Source: Spirulina sp. (lineage in GTDB: Bacteria; Cyanobacteriota; Cyanobacteriia; Phormidesmidales; Phormidesmidaceae). Taken from it: DNA of 64,000 nucleotides. The DNA lies in the NCBI GenBank assembly GCA_044070495.1, contig JBIPSI010000007.1, positions 32,001-96,000 on the forward strand. Direction: 5' to 3'. The notes below the pieces were generated by a model. It saw only the letters and a list, made by a program, of their open reading frames with translations, did no database searches and was not told the origin of the DNA. Below, piece after piece: positions 28,480-40,027 of the stretch. Both the position numbers and the translations under genes were made by a program. Each line of letters begins with the position of its first letter. The stretch's first letter is position 1.

Positions 28480-28752
28480 GTGATGGTCATGGCGCTATAT
28501 CTGCCCCCAGAGCTAAGACAATTTGCCGACCGCCAGATCGCCAGCGGCAAATATGCCTCCCTAGACGACATTCTCCTGGCCGGACTCCAAGCTCTAGCTG
28601 AGCGGGAACAGGTTTATCAAGGACGTTTTGAAGAGCTGCGCCAAGACGTTTTAGTCGGTGCTACTGAGGACGAAAGAGGTCATCTGTTGGATGCGGCAAC
28701 TGAAATTGAGGCTATTCGGCAACGTCTGCGAGAACGCCACACCGAACCATAA
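28480..28752 (+). CDS. ParD-type ribbon-helix-helix antitoxin
   Basis: 'LPPELRQFADRQIASGKYASLDDILLAGLQAL...FEELRQDV'. Confidence 0.8.
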   Translation: MMVMALYLPPELRQFADRQIASGKYASLDDILLAGLQALAEREQVYQGRFEELRQDVLVGATEDERGHLLDAATEIEAIRQRLRERHTEP

Positions 28753-28832
28753 CCCGTCCCTGCCGAATTACCCCTCGTGCCAGCCAGGATATTGAGGCGA
28801 TTTTCCGTCATCCCCCTACAAAAACAGTTTGA
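28749..28832 (+). pseudogene. ParE toxin N-terminal remnant
   Basis: ITRPCRITPRASQDIEAIF...stop; ATAA where an ATGA overlap would be expected. Confidence 0.6.
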
Positions 28833-28841
28833 GATTAACTA

Positions 28842-29843
28842 TTACTCGCACATTATTGACACATCTAATGACATCACCGAAGGCGTTTGGTTTTGAAGTT
28901 CAACCTTATATACAAGGTATTGTGGCTGACCTTGCCTGACCTTATTCAAGACTCCTTGAATGGACTGACCTTCAGGTAAAAAACGGCTAGGATATAGCTC
29001 AACGGGATATCCATCTGGATCATATAAAACTATTGAGGTAGAGCCTTGAATCGATGTAAAAATAATTTTCTGTCCTTCAAGACATCTAATTCTAATCCAA
29101 CCTCTCCCAGGGACTCCCTCATGAGACTGAGGAGAGATATTCCCAGTTAGTCTTTCTCCGTATCTTTTTCCGTCGCTGTTGTCAAGAAAAGTTACATAGT
29201 GAGGGTTGGTTTCGGTTGTCGCACTGTAATCTACACCTACAGCATCCAGGGACTTTGCTTTACTGACAGTGACCTCATCAATAGCTGCCTCAGAGCCTTC
29301 AACTCTTACATAGCTCGGCTCTGAGGCTGGCTCCGCGATTTGTTCCGCGATTTGTGTTGCCTCCTGCAATGCTATAGGAATATGAGGTTGAAACCCTCCT
29401 AATTCTGGAGGGCTAGGTTTGATAAAGTCGAATATGATCAAAAGAATTGCTGGCAGACCAACAATGATCCCAGCAATAGCAACGATGGCTTCCGTTGACC
29501 TTAAAAGCTCTCGCCAACCTCCTCTTTGCTCTTTAGGCTGAGCCGGAGGGGCATCATTTCTCGAGAGAGGCCGGAGTGGTGGCGGTAGCGGAGGTGGAGA
29601 ATTATCCAGATGTGAGCACCACTGCTGACTTAAACGACTGTACTCATCTACTACTACATTTAATCCAGGCCCTGCTGAACTCTTAGCCCATCCAAGTAGT
29701 CTAGTAACCTTGTCGCCGTTGCTTGCCGACAAACCAGCTCGGTTCATGGTTGGCATATTGAGGGCATCAATTAACAAGTCAAGATTCTCAGAAGGTAGCT
29801 CGCACAGGGTTCGATATAGCGAACGATACAACTCGGAATTCAT
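28842..29843 (-). CDS. Paralogue of 27081-27869 with a different C-terminal domain
   Basis: Near-identical linker-TM block at DNA level; related N-domain 'LCELPSENLDLLIDAL...DKVTRLLGWAKS'; ATG at 29843 preferred. Confidence 0.65.
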   Translation of the reverse strand: MNSELYRSLYRTLCELPSENLDLLIDALNMPTMNRAGLSASNGDKVTRLLGWAKSSAGPGLNVVVDEYSRLSQQWCSHLDNSPPPLPPPLRPLSRNDAPPAQPKEQRGGWRELLRSTEAIVAIAGIIVGLPAILLIIFDFIKPSPPELGGFQPHIPIALQEATQIAEQIAEPASEPSYVRVEGSEAAIDEVTVSKAKSLDAVGVDYSATTETNPHYVTFLDNSDGKRYGERLTGNISPQSHEGVPGRGWIRIRCLEGQKIIFTSIQGSTSIVLYDPDGYPVELYPSRFLPEGQSIQGVLNKVRQGQPQYLVYKVELQNQTPSVMSLDVSIMCE

Positions 29844-30051
29844 ATCAGACGCAGCAATGGGGGCTAAGGACTGGCTTACCGCTATAGTAGCGGTAGCATC
29901 CTGGAAATTGCTATATCTCCACGCCAATTGTGCCAGTTGTAAGGATTTTACTAGAGGTGGCTAAAAACCCCGGTTTCTGGGCCAGAATGCCAGTTTTTGG
30001 GGCAAGGTGGCAGGGTAAAACCAGGGTTTTGAAATGACGCTTTTGTGGTGG

Positions 30052-31464
<1,413 letters not shown>

Positions 31465-31518
31465 GATGATGGGTTGTTAGGGGATGGGGGTATTTGTGAT
31501 TTGTGATTGGTTATTTGT

Positions 31519-31793
31519 TGTTGGTTATTGGTTGTTCGGGGGATAGGTTACGGGTTAGATGCCTGAAATTCTTCAACTTTGGCGTATAAGCTGGCCACGG
31601 ATTCCTGATCAAAAAGTTCATTCTTGAGTTTCAAATAGTCTCCCTTCCCAAGATTGCACGCGGCCCAAAACCGAGCGACAGCAGATGGTTCCATGCTAGA
31701 CAGCAAAACCTGAAATCCTTCCTGTAGAACTTGTTGCTCACTCTTAACTTGGATCATCACTACTCACCAATCACCAACAACCAATAACCAACA
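31519..31793. repeat. Inverted STRR arms (18-bp perfect IR) flanking a small inserted gene
   Basis: tgttggttattggttgtt (31519-31536) and aacaaccaataaccaaca (31776-31793). Confidence 0.8.
31548..31760 (-). CDS. Small hypothetical protein (antitoxin-like) between pntA and pntB
   Basis: 70-aa AT-richer ORF with 'ARFWAACNLGKGDYLK'. Confidence 0.65.
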   Translation of the reverse strand: MMIQVKSEQQVLQEGFQVLLSSMEPSAVARFWAACNLGKGDYLKLKNELFDQESVASLYAKVEEFQASNP

Positions 31794-31798
31794 CCCAT

Positions 31799-33415
31799 CT
31801 ACTTATGAAACATATTCAGCATTCGCTGGGAGACCATGAAGCCGCCTGCGATGTTGACGGTGCCGAGGAAGAGGGCGATGGCTCCCAGGATCGTCATCGG
31901 GGAGGTGATGTCGTTGGAGATTTGCAACATGCCGCCGATGATGATGATGCCGCTGATGGCGTTGGTGACGCTCATCAGGGGCGTGTGCAGGGCGGGGGTG
32001 ACGTCCCAAATCACCTTCCAGCCGAGGAAGCTGGCTAGGATGAAGACCGTTAGGTGGGTGAGGAAGGCTTGGGGTGCCCAGAGACCGATGGCGACGCAGG
32101 CGAGGGCAATCAGCACGGGCCAAATCAGTTGGGCGATGAGGGATTTTTTGACGGGGGCGTCGTCCTTTGAGGTCGCCGTTGCGGTGGATTCAGCAGGGCT
32201 AGGAGTCGCCGGGGCTTCGGGTTTGGGGGCAGGCCAAATCACTTGCCCCTGGTGGATAACGGTGGTGGCGCGGATCACCTCGTCCTCTAGGTTGAGGTCG
32301 TAGGCTTTGGCACCGCCGAGGTCGCTGAGCAGGTGGTAGAGGTTGTTGCCGTAGAGTTGGCTGGCCTGGGCGGCCATGCGGCTGGGCAGGTCAGTCAGAC
32401 CAATGATGGTAACGCCGTGGTGGGTGGAGATTTCTCCCGGCTGGGTGACTTCGCAGTTGCCGCCCTGTTCTGCGGCCATATCTACGATGATCGACCCCGG
32501 TTTCATGCTTTCCACCATGGCTTGGGTGATCAGCAGGGGCGCTTTTTTGCCGGGGATCAGCGCCGTGGTAATGATAATGTCTACTTCCTTGGCCTGCTGG
32601 GCAAACAGGGCCATTTCGGCGGCGATGAAGGCTTGGCTCATCACCTTGGCGTAGCCGCCTTCCCCGGTGCCATCCTCTTGGAAGTGCAGTTCCAAAAATT
32701 CGGCCCCCATGCTCTGCACCTGTTCTTTGACGGCAGGACGAGTATCAAAGGCTTTGACCACCGCTCCTAGACCCCGTGCGGTGCCGATGGCGGCAAGTCC
32801 AGCCACCCCTGCACCAATGATTAACACCCTGGCCGGAGGGGTTTTACCCGCCGCCGTAATTTGCCCCGTAAAGCAGCGGCCAAACTGGTTCGCCGCCTCC
32901 ACCACGGCCCGGTATCCGGCGATGTTCGCCATGGAACTGAGGGCATCCAGCTTTTGGGCACGGGTAATGCGGGGAACAGAATCCATCGCCAGCACGGTGC
33001 CGCCCTGGTGGGCCAGTTTCTCCATCAGTTCGGGGTTCTGGGCGGGCCAGATGAAGCTAATTAGGGTGCCTTCGGGACGCAGCAGCTCGGCTTCGTGGCA
33101 GTTCAATTCGGGATGCCACTGGGGCGCACGCACTTTCAGCACAATATCCGCCGTTTGCCACAGGCTACGGGCATCGGGCAGAATCTTGCAGCCCACCGCT
33201 TCATAGGCCTGATCGCTAAAGCTAGCCGCCGCCCCCGCCTGGGATTCCACCCACACCTCAAAGCCCAGCTTTTGCAGCTTTTTGGCCGTATCTGGAGTGG
33301 CGGAAACGCGCTGTTCTCCGGCAAAAATTTCCTTCGGAATGCCCACGCTTAGCCCCGTGGGTTTAGTTGCAACAGCATCCGCCGTAGATTGTTCAATCGG
33401 GGTGGCAATAGTCAT
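31799..33415 (-). CDS. pntA: NAD(P) transhydrogenase alpha subunit
   Basis: 'GIPKE...RVSATP', 'RAQKLDALSSMANIAGY', 'GAGVAGLAA', 'LHTPLMSVTNAISG'. Confidence 0.98.
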   Translation of the reverse strand: MTIATPIEQSTADAVATKPTGLSVGIPKEIFAGEQRVSATPDTAKKLQKLGFEVWVESQAGAAASFSDQAYEAVGCKILPDARSLWQTADIVLKVRAPQWHPELNCHEAELLRPEGTLISFIWPAQNPELMEKLAHQGGTVLAMDSVPRITRAQKLDALSSMANIAGYRAVVEAANQFGRCFTGQITAAGKTPPARVLIIGAGVAGLAAIGTARGLGAVVKAFDTRPAVKEQVQSMGAEFLELHFQEDGTGEGGYAKVMSQAFIAAEMALFAQQAKEVDIIITTALIPGKKAPLLITQAMVESMKPGSIIVDMAAEQGGNCEVTQPGEISTHHGVTIIGLTDLPSRMAAQASQLYGNNLYHLLSDLGGAKAYDLNLEDEVIRATTVIHQGQVIWPAPKPEAPATPSPAESTATATSKDDAPVKKSLIAQLIWPVLIALACVAIGLWAPQAFLTHLTVFILASFLGWKVIWDVTPALHTPLMSVTNAISGIIIIGGMLQISNDITSPMTILGAIALFLGTVNIAGGFMVSQRMLNMFHK

Positions 33416-33878
33416 AGGTGTTTATCCTTGATGGTGACTCCTGAAGGGCAAATATCACGCGGCGGCGATGGGGCGAAACGATTAAACAGAACTCAACGGA
33501 GACAGAGGCAAAACGAATATCAATCCTAGCTAGGGTCTCAAAGAAAATGGATGGCAATGCTTAAGAGAATCCGTATTTCAAGGATCAATGACTGCAAATC
33601 GTTTGCCATCTAGGGCATCTAGGCTAGAAACCTATAAATCTTACAATTTCCTTAAAAACGGATGCTTCTCCCAGGCAACATCCACGATTAAACCGAGAAA
33701 AATGTCTTCTCTGAATACTTCGCCAGTGCAATCAAGATCTCCCATTTAAGACAATCTTGACGATTCACAAAACGCAATCAAAATCCAAAGCTTTACTATC
33801 TGGATAGTAAAGGGAAGTTGGAGCCATGAGAAGGAAACTTCAAGAATGTTTTATTTGTCCGCAAATAATTACAGACCT

Positions 33879-33991
33879 CTGATGGGCAGCCACGAAGGTT
33901 GAGGGTCAGGAGACCTGCCCCCTACAGAATCTCAATGCGGTAGGGGCGCGGTTGCCGTGCCCGTTGCAAAATTCTTGCGTTAGGCCGTCAG
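33879..33991. mobile_element. Degenerate MITE with type B REP-like core
   Basis: agggtcaggagacctgcccc...tac and gtaggggcgcgg core; CTGA...TCAG ends; no TSD visible. Confidence 0.55.
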
Positions 33992-34065
33992 CCACGCCGA
34001 TCTGTTGACGGGATGCTAGTAGGTCTAAATTGGCTGGGGGCTAGTTTCGAGGCGATGGGCCAAGC

Positions 34066-34710
34066 TTAGACCGCTAGGGCCGTCTGTTCCCGAATTTGGG
34101 CGATCAGATCCCCTAGACCGTAGGGATTCACTCGATAGCTGAGGGGATGGGCGATGAGGCGGGCGGTGCTGTAGTAGAGCACCTCAAGTTCCGTGAGGTT
34201 GTTCTCTCGCAGGGTTTTGCCCGTAGACACCAAGTCCACAATGGCCTCGGACATCCCCGTGATGGGGCCAAGCTCCACTGAACCGGAGAGGGGCACAATA
34301 TCGACAGGTAGGTCAAGACTCTGAAAATAGTCCTGGGCGCAGTGGACAAACTTAGAGGCAATGCGGCTGTGGGCTGGAATATCTAGGGCCGACCGATAGG
34401 GGCTATCCGCCTTCACCGCCACCGAGAGCCGACAGCCGCCAAAGCCCAGATCCGCCAAATTGGCCACGGTGGGCTGTTTTTCCCGCAGCACGTCGTAGCC
34501 CACAATGCCCAACTGCGCCTGCCCATACTCCACATACACGGGCACATCCTGCGCCCGCACCAGCAGCGCTCTGGCTCGTCCGGTGGGGTCGAGGATTTGC
34601 AGTTGGCGGTTGGCCTTGTCTTGGAACAGGCTGAAATCTAGACCCACTCGCTGAAACAGTTGAATGCTGTCGCCGAGGAGGGCACCCTTGGGCAAGGCAA
34701 TGGTAAGCAT
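34066..34710 (-). CDS. hisG: ATP phosphoribosyltransferase, short (HisZ-dependent) form
   Basis: 'MLTIALPKG', '[13 protein letters not shown]', 'GSVELGP', '[14 protein letters not shown]'; 214 aa. Confidence 0.97.
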   Translation of the reverse strand: MLTIALPKGALLGDSIQLFQRVGLDFSLFQDKANRQLQILDPTGRARALLVRAQDVPVYVEYGQAQLGIVGYDVLREKQPTVANLADLGFGGCRLSVAVKADSPYRSALDIPAHSRIASKFVHCAQDYFQSLDLPVDIVPLSGSVELGPITGMSEAIVDLVSTGKTLRENNLTELEVLYYSTARLIAHPLSYRVNPYGLGDLIAQIREQTALAV

Positions 34711-34861
34711 AGGTCGGGTAGTCGATGGCCTTTGCTATCTTACCCCCCATTCCAGGGGCTATCCCTCATCCCGCTTGTATCTTGGCTTACCAAACCCTAT
34801 CCGACCGAGGCAACACCCGCTAGGATGGAACCGGATAGATGGGGTGTAACCGTTGAGAATC

Positions 34862-35314
34862 ATGGGTTCTGGAAGTAAGACCTACGGCATTATTGGTTGG
34901 CGCGAGTGGGTGGCGCTGCCCAATCTAGGGGTGCCTGCCATCAAGGCTAAGGTGGATACTGGGGCGCGATCCTCGGCGCTTCACGCCTTTGACCTAGAAC
35001 ATTTTGACCGCAACGGCGCAACCATGGTGCGGTTCCAGGCCCACCCCATTCAGCGGGATGATCAGTACATTATCTCGGTAGAGGCGGTGCTGCTGGAGGA
35101 GCGGTGGGTGCGTAACTCTGGTGGCCAAGAGGAACTGCGTCCGGTGATTGAAACCACCGTGCAGGTGGGAGAGCACATTTGGCCCATGGAACTGACCCTC
35201 ACCAACCGCGACGTGATGGGGTTTCGCCTCTTGCTGGGGCGACAGGCGGTGCGGCAGCGATACCTGGTGGATCCAGGGCACTCCTACCTACAACCCCTAC
35301 CAACGTCATCCTGA
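34862..35314 (+). CDS. RimK-associated retropepsin-like protease (RimB-like)
   Basis: 'IGWREWV.LP', '[13 protein letters not shown]', '[15 protein letters not shown]'. Confidence 0.9.
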   Translation: MGSGSKTYGIIGWREWVALPNLGVPAIKAKVDTGARSSALHAFDLEHFDRNGATMVRFQAHPIQRDDQYIISVEAVLLEERWVRNSGGQEELRPVIETTVQVGEHIWPMELTLTNRDVMGFRLLLGRQAVRQRYLVDPGHSYLQPLPTSS

Positions 35315-35390
35315 CAGTCAAGCGATTCAAGATCGGTCTTGGTTTATCCGTTTTTACCTTGTCTGCCCGTTAACGATCCTTAGGCCCGCT

Positions 35391-36305
35391 ATGAAGATTG
35401 TGATTTTATCTAGGGACGCCTCCCTCTATTCCACTCGGCGGCTGAAGGAGGCTGGCGAAGCGCGGGGCCATGACATGCAGGTGATTGACCACATGCGCTG
35501 CTACATGAACATCACCTCCCACAAACCCACGGTGCTCTACCAAGGCCAGCCCCTAGAAGGTGTGGATGCGGTAATCCCCCGCATTGGGGCGTCGAATACG
35601 TTCTACGGCACGGCGGTGGTGCGCCAGTTTGAGGTGATGGGGGTGTTTACCGCCAATACCTCCATGGCGATCTCGCGCTCGCGGGATAAGCTGCGATCTT
35701 TGCAAATTATGGCCCGCCGAGGCATTGGCCTACCCGTAACGGGCTTTGCCCATTCCACCAAAGACATCGATGGTTTAGTGGACATTGTGGGCGGTGCGCC
35801 CTTGGTCATCAAGCTGCTAGAAGGCACCCAAGGCATCGGGGTCGTCCTGGCCGAAACTCAGCAGGCGGCTAAGTCCGTAATTGAAGCCTTCCGGGGTCTC
35901 GATGCCAACATTCTGGTGCAGGAGTTTATCAAAGAAGCCGGGGGCATGGATATCCGCTGCTTTGTGATTGGCGATAAAGTCGTCGCCGCTATGAAACGCC
36001 AGGGCGCACCGGGGGAGTTTCGCTCCAACCTGCACCGGGGCGGTTCCGCCAGCCGGGTGCGCCTCACCCCAGAGGAACGCAGCACCGCCATTCGAGCCGC
36101 CAAAGCCATGGGCCTGCGCGTAGCCGGGGTGGATCTGTTGCGATCCAACCATGGCCCCGTGGTAATGGAGGTGAACTCCTCCCCTGGCTTAGAGGGCATC
36201 GAAAAGGCCACCGACATTGATGTAGGCGGCAAAATCATCGACTTTATCGTGAAACAAACCACCCCCAAAAACGCCAAACGAACTACCAATCGCACCAACT
36301 ATTGA
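35391..36305 (+). CDS. rimK: Ribosomal protein S6--L-glutamate ligase
   Basis: 'LYSTRRL', '[11 protein letters not shown]', 'FRSNLHRGG', '[12 protein letters not shown]'. Confidence 0.97.
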   Translation: MKIVILSRDASLYSTRRLKEAGEARGHDMQVIDHMRCYMNITSHKPTVLYQGQPLEGVDAVIPRIGASNTFYGTAVVRQFEVMGVFTANTSMAISRSRDKLRSLQIMARRGIGLPVTGFAHSTKDIDGLVDIVGGAPLVIKLLEGTQGIGVVLAETQQAAKSVIEAFRGLDANILVQEFIKEAGGMDIRCFVIGDKVVAAMKRQGAPGEFRSNLHRGGSASRVRLTPEERSTAIRAAKAMGLRVAGVDLLRSNHGPVVMEVNSSPGLEGIEKATDIDVGGKIIDFIVKQTTPKNAKRTTNRTNY

Positions 36306-36439
36306 TCCCAAAGAGGATCTGGCTAACTCGTTTTGTCCGTCAACCCGATCAAACCGTCCAACCGTTTTTTGTGTGAAGCCTACTTCATACATACCCGTTT
36401 AACCTTGATATTTTCTTTATCAATTACTCGTCGGAAATT

Positions 36440-36653
36440 TAAGTATAAATACTGAGATTCTGGCTGACCTGATGTAGTTTCAATGAAATGGACTCCAATT
36501 TTCTGAGTTCATCCTAGCTGGCTATTCCGTAGGAGTACCCGCTAGATAAGACAATATTGAAAGATATGGATTCAGAAAGAAGAACGCATTGATAACAGGG
36601 CCGTTTATCTCCGCTACTTCACGGATTAAAAGGCTTGTCAGTGGTTTTACGGC
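36440..36653. promoter_or_regulatory. Four copies of a 16-bp quasi-palindrome TCMGT-N6-ACKGA (candidate transcription-factor sites)
   Basis: 36440 taagtataaatactga; 36526 tccgtaggagtacccg; 36610 tccgctacttcacgga; 36638 tcagtggttttacggc. Confidence 0.4.
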
Positions 36654-36908
36654 CTTGAGACTCTACCACCTAAAGTCTATTTCAGACTATTTTTTATAGG
36701 GGTTTCACCCCTCTTAAGAGATTTTCAACCCTTCGCTAAGGTAAAGACATCGAAACATAGAACTGGGTGAATGTTCAGATCTTTGTGGTCAGTCTCGCTT
36801 TCCGTAAATAGGATGGCACGGGGCTAGGTTGATCTGTGTCTACCCTAGGCTTTGGCCAGGGCAGGCGGTTGGGGATGTAGCCCGGTTAGTCTCAGTAGGG
36901 TGCTCAAA

Positions 36909-39818
36909 ATGTCACGGGATGCACTAATTGTTGGTATTAACACTTATCAACACCTGCCCAGCCTGCGGGCCCCCGCCAACGATGCCGAGTCTGTTGCTCG
37001 TTGCCTTGAAAGCTTTGGAGAATGTCGAGTGCTGCGGATGCCGGAGGCCATTCGCCACAAAAAGCCCACGATTAGCCCCCAGGCGGCGGTGACCACCAAA
37101 ATGCTGGAGGAGGCGCTGATTCGCCTGTTTAAGCCGACGGGTAAAAATATTCCCCAGACCGCCCTTTTTTACTATTCTGGCCACGGCCTCCAGCGCAACG
37201 CCGGGATTCAAGAGGGCTATTTAGCCACCAGCGAGGCCAACCCCGCCGCAGGGCAATACGGGCTGTCGATGTATTGGCTGCGGCGGTTGCTGCAGGAAAG
37301 CCCTGTCCGTCAGCGAATTATTATCCTAGACTGCTGCAACAGCGGTGAGTTTCTCAATGTGCTAGAGGCTGATCCAGGGGCGCGGTCGGGCACGGATCGC
37401 CTCTTTATGGCCGCCTCGCGGGAATACGAGGAGGCCTACGAATCCCTAGAAGGGCATCACAGTGTGTTTACCCAGGCCCTGCTATCGGGGCTGAACCCCT
37501 ACAAGGTTAAGGGCGGCGTGGTTAATGGCCATTCCCTCACCCATACCATCAACCGCCAGCTTAAAGGGGAGCTTCAACAACCCCTGTTTGAAAGCTCTGG
37601 CGGCGAGATCGTCCTCACCCGCTTGTCTGGTACGACTCCTGTGATTCAGGCCTCTAAGGTCACGACCCTGGATCGTCTCAAGCACCTCAGCTATGGCTTT
37701 TGTCCCTTCCAGGGGCAGGCTCCCTTTGAGTCCTCCCACGCCAGCCTATTTTTTGGTCGCGAAGGGATCACCTCAGCCCTGCTAGATCGGGTGCAGCAGG
37801 ATCGGTTTTGTGCCCTAGTGGGGCCATCGGGATGTGGCAAAACCTCTATTTTGCAGGCGGGGCTAATGCACAGCCTGCAACGGCAGCGTCCGGCTGAGCA
37901 GGCTGCCCTGTGGGATGTGCGGTATCTGGCCCCTGGCCCTAGTCCCCTCAAGGCTTTGGCGGAGGTCTTTGTCGATCCAGGGGTAAAAGGGATTCAGCGG
38001 GCGGAGCAAATGCGCCAAGCCGAATCTTTTTTGCACCGGGGCGGCGAGGGGATGATCCAATTGGTGCAGGCCATTGCCCAACCCGACGACACCCAACCCC
38101 ATCGATCCCCGCAGGTGGTGCTGATTGTTGACCAGTTTGAGGATCTGCTGCGCCTCCCTGCCCATCCCGGTCTAGACGGAGATCAACGGGCCGTATTGGA
38201 TTGTCTGATGGCCGTCATCCAGCAGCCCCATTTACCCATTCATGTGGTGATTGGGCTACGGGCTAACCACCTGCGAGATCTCCAGCGCTTCCCGGAGGTC
38301 TACGCCCTGGTGGCCGAGCATGGCCTAACGGTGCCCGCCCTGACCTACGACCAGGTGAAATCCACCATCGTTGGCCCCCTAGAAAAGGTGGGGCTACGCT
38401 ATGACGCCAACCTGATTTATACCTTGCTGTTGGATGTGGTCGGAGCAGCGGGGGATTTGGCCCTGCTGCAGACGGCCCTCAAGGCGGTGTGGCAGCACCG
38501 AGAAATGGATCTTAAGGGCCAGGAGCCCCCACGATTAACCCTAGAGGCCTATGCCGAAATGGGCGGTATTCGCCACCTGCTGAGCCAGCGGGCGAGCCAG
38601 TTTTACCAGCAACTATCTCGCACCGATCAGCCCATTGCCGAGCGAATTTTGATGGGGCTGTGTGAACCGGGGGAAGGATCTACCCTCACCCGCCGCCAGG
38701 TACAGCTTTCGGAACTAGTGACCGCTGCCATGGAGGAGGGGCCAGTCTTAGCGGTGCTTGACCAGATGATGAAGGCTGGTTTAGTGGTGGCCCAAACTAA
38801 CCTTAGTCGCCCTGAATTGCCAGGGGAGGTTTCGGCGGCGGCCCTGGTTCCGGCTAGCGGCCTCACGGCGGACGTTTTGCCCGTGTCGGCGGAGCCTCGA
38901 CCCCTAGCGCAGGTGTTGGCGCGTCACCACCACGGAAATCTGTGCCATTGCCCCGATCTGGTGCCTCACTTTGACGTGGCCCACGAATCGCTCATCCGCA
39001 CCTGGCTGCCGATGCAGGCCTGGTTCCAGAATAGTCAGCCCCGCCTGAAGGCCCAGCGCGCCATCGAAGCGGCAGCCCAGGAGTGGTATCGCCAGCAATG
39101 CCCCAACCATCCTGAATATTTTCTGACCAAAACCCGCCTCCAGGAAGCCAAAGCACTGCACATGGAGTACCCAGGTTGCCTCTCACTCCAGGCCACGGGT
39201 TATCTCCAGGCTTGCCAAAACTACGCCCGTCGCTGTGCCCGCAAGCGCTACTTGATGAAGCTGCTCATCCCCATCAGTATGGGAACGGGGATGCTGGCAG
39301 CCTACGGCCACAACGTGATGACCGACTCCGCATCGGCCTGGAAAAAAACGCCTCCTAATCCGCCCACGGTGGCCACGGGGCCGGTGTTTCGTTCCGTAGA
39401 GGCTGAACCTAACGTAGCCGCCTCCGCGCCGACCGAGACCCCAGCCATGCCTAGCCCGCCGCCCCAGGTGGGGATGGTGCGGACGAACCTAATCGAAACC
39501 CTATTAAAGCGGGTGACGATCTCCCCCCCCAAGGTCACGACATCCCTTACCTCCCTGAGCCCGGAACTGCCTAGCCTCCTCCAACGCGCTTCTCAACGCA
39601 CCTTGCCCTGGGAAGCCAAGGCTAGATCCCTGCGACTTCCCCCCCCTTCCCTAGGGCTATCCAGCCCAAACACCAGTGCCCCCATGCCCACCGCCGCATC
39701 CCCAGAAAAGGTGGCCGAATGGGTTTCTCCCACCGATCCCAAGGTTATGGTGCAGGTCTGGTGTCTCCGGTCTGATGCCGAACCCGTTTGTTTCACCCTG
39801 CAGCAGCCCCTCCCCTGA
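36909..39818 (+). CDS. Caspase-like (peptidase C14) + nSTAND1-type NTPase, putative TM and Pro-rich tail
   Basis: 'YYSGHG' and 'LDCC' dyad; 'CPFQG', Walker A GPSGCGKT, Walker B VDQFED, 'DVAHESLIRTW'; ATG at 36909 preferred. Confidence 0.88.
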   Translation: MSRDALIVGINTYQHLPSLRAPANDAESVARCLESFGECRVLRMPEAIRHKKPTISPQAAVTTKMLEEALIRLFKPTGKNIPQTALFYYSGHGLQRNAGIQEGYLATSEANPAAGQYGLSMYWLRRLLQESPVRQRIIILDCCNSGEFLNVLEADPGARSGTDRLFMAASREYEEAYESLEGHHSVFTQALLSGLNPYKVKGGVVNGHSLTHTINRQLKGELQQPLFESSGGEIVLTRLSGTTPVIQASKVTTLDRLKHLSYGFCPFQGQAPFESSHASLFFGREGITSALLDRVQQDRFCALVGPSGCGKTSILQAGLMHSLQRQRPAEQAALWDVRYLAPGPSPLKALAEVFVDPGVKGIQRAEQMRQAESFLHRGGEGMIQLVQAIAQPDDTQPHRSPQVVLIVDQFEDLLRLPAHPGLDGDQRAVLDCLMAVIQQPHLPIHVVIGLRANHLRDLQRFPEVYALVAEHGLTVPALTYDQVKSTIVGPLEKVGLRYDANLIYTLLLDVVGAAGDLALLQTALKAVWQHREMDLKGQEPPRLTLEAYAEMGGIRHLLSQRASQFYQQLSRTDQPIAERILMGLCEPGEGSTLTRRQVQLSELVTAAMEEGPVLAVLDQMMKAGLVVAQTNLSRPELPGEVSAAALVPASGLTADVLPVSAEPRPLAQVLARHHHGNLCHCPDLVPHFDVAHESLIRTWLPMQAWFQNSQPRLKAQRAIEAAAQEWYRQQCPNHPEYFLTKTRLQEAKALHMEYPGCLSLQATGYLQACQNYARRCARKRYLMKLLIPISMGTGMLAAYGHNVMTDSASAWKKTPPNPPTVATGPVFRSVEAEPNVAASAPTETPAMPSPPPQVGMVRTNLIETLLKRVTISPPKVTTSLTSLSPELPSLLQRASQRTLPWEAKARSLRLPPPSLGLSSPNTSAPMPTAASPEKVAEWVSPTDPKVMVQVWCLRSDAEPVCFTLQQPLP

Positions 39819-40027
39819 TTTGATCTTGGTGAACTCCGTTGATTTGGGTCGCGTGCGTCACTAGCCTGGCCTAGGCTAGGCGGGTGTCTTTACCAAGGAT
39901 TGAAAGCCTCGTAAATTTACTGAGTTAATTTTCCTGATGCATCCTGGCAGCGCCCAAGCCATTCATACTTGAGTAAGACATTTTCGGCAGTTGCGTCCGG
40001 CTGTAGCCGCGTTGTTTTTGGAGAACC

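Noticed and set aside
33416..33880. Long AT-rich region upstream of pntA as a possible ncRNA
   Set aside because: No distinctive structure seen; most simply promoter DNA.
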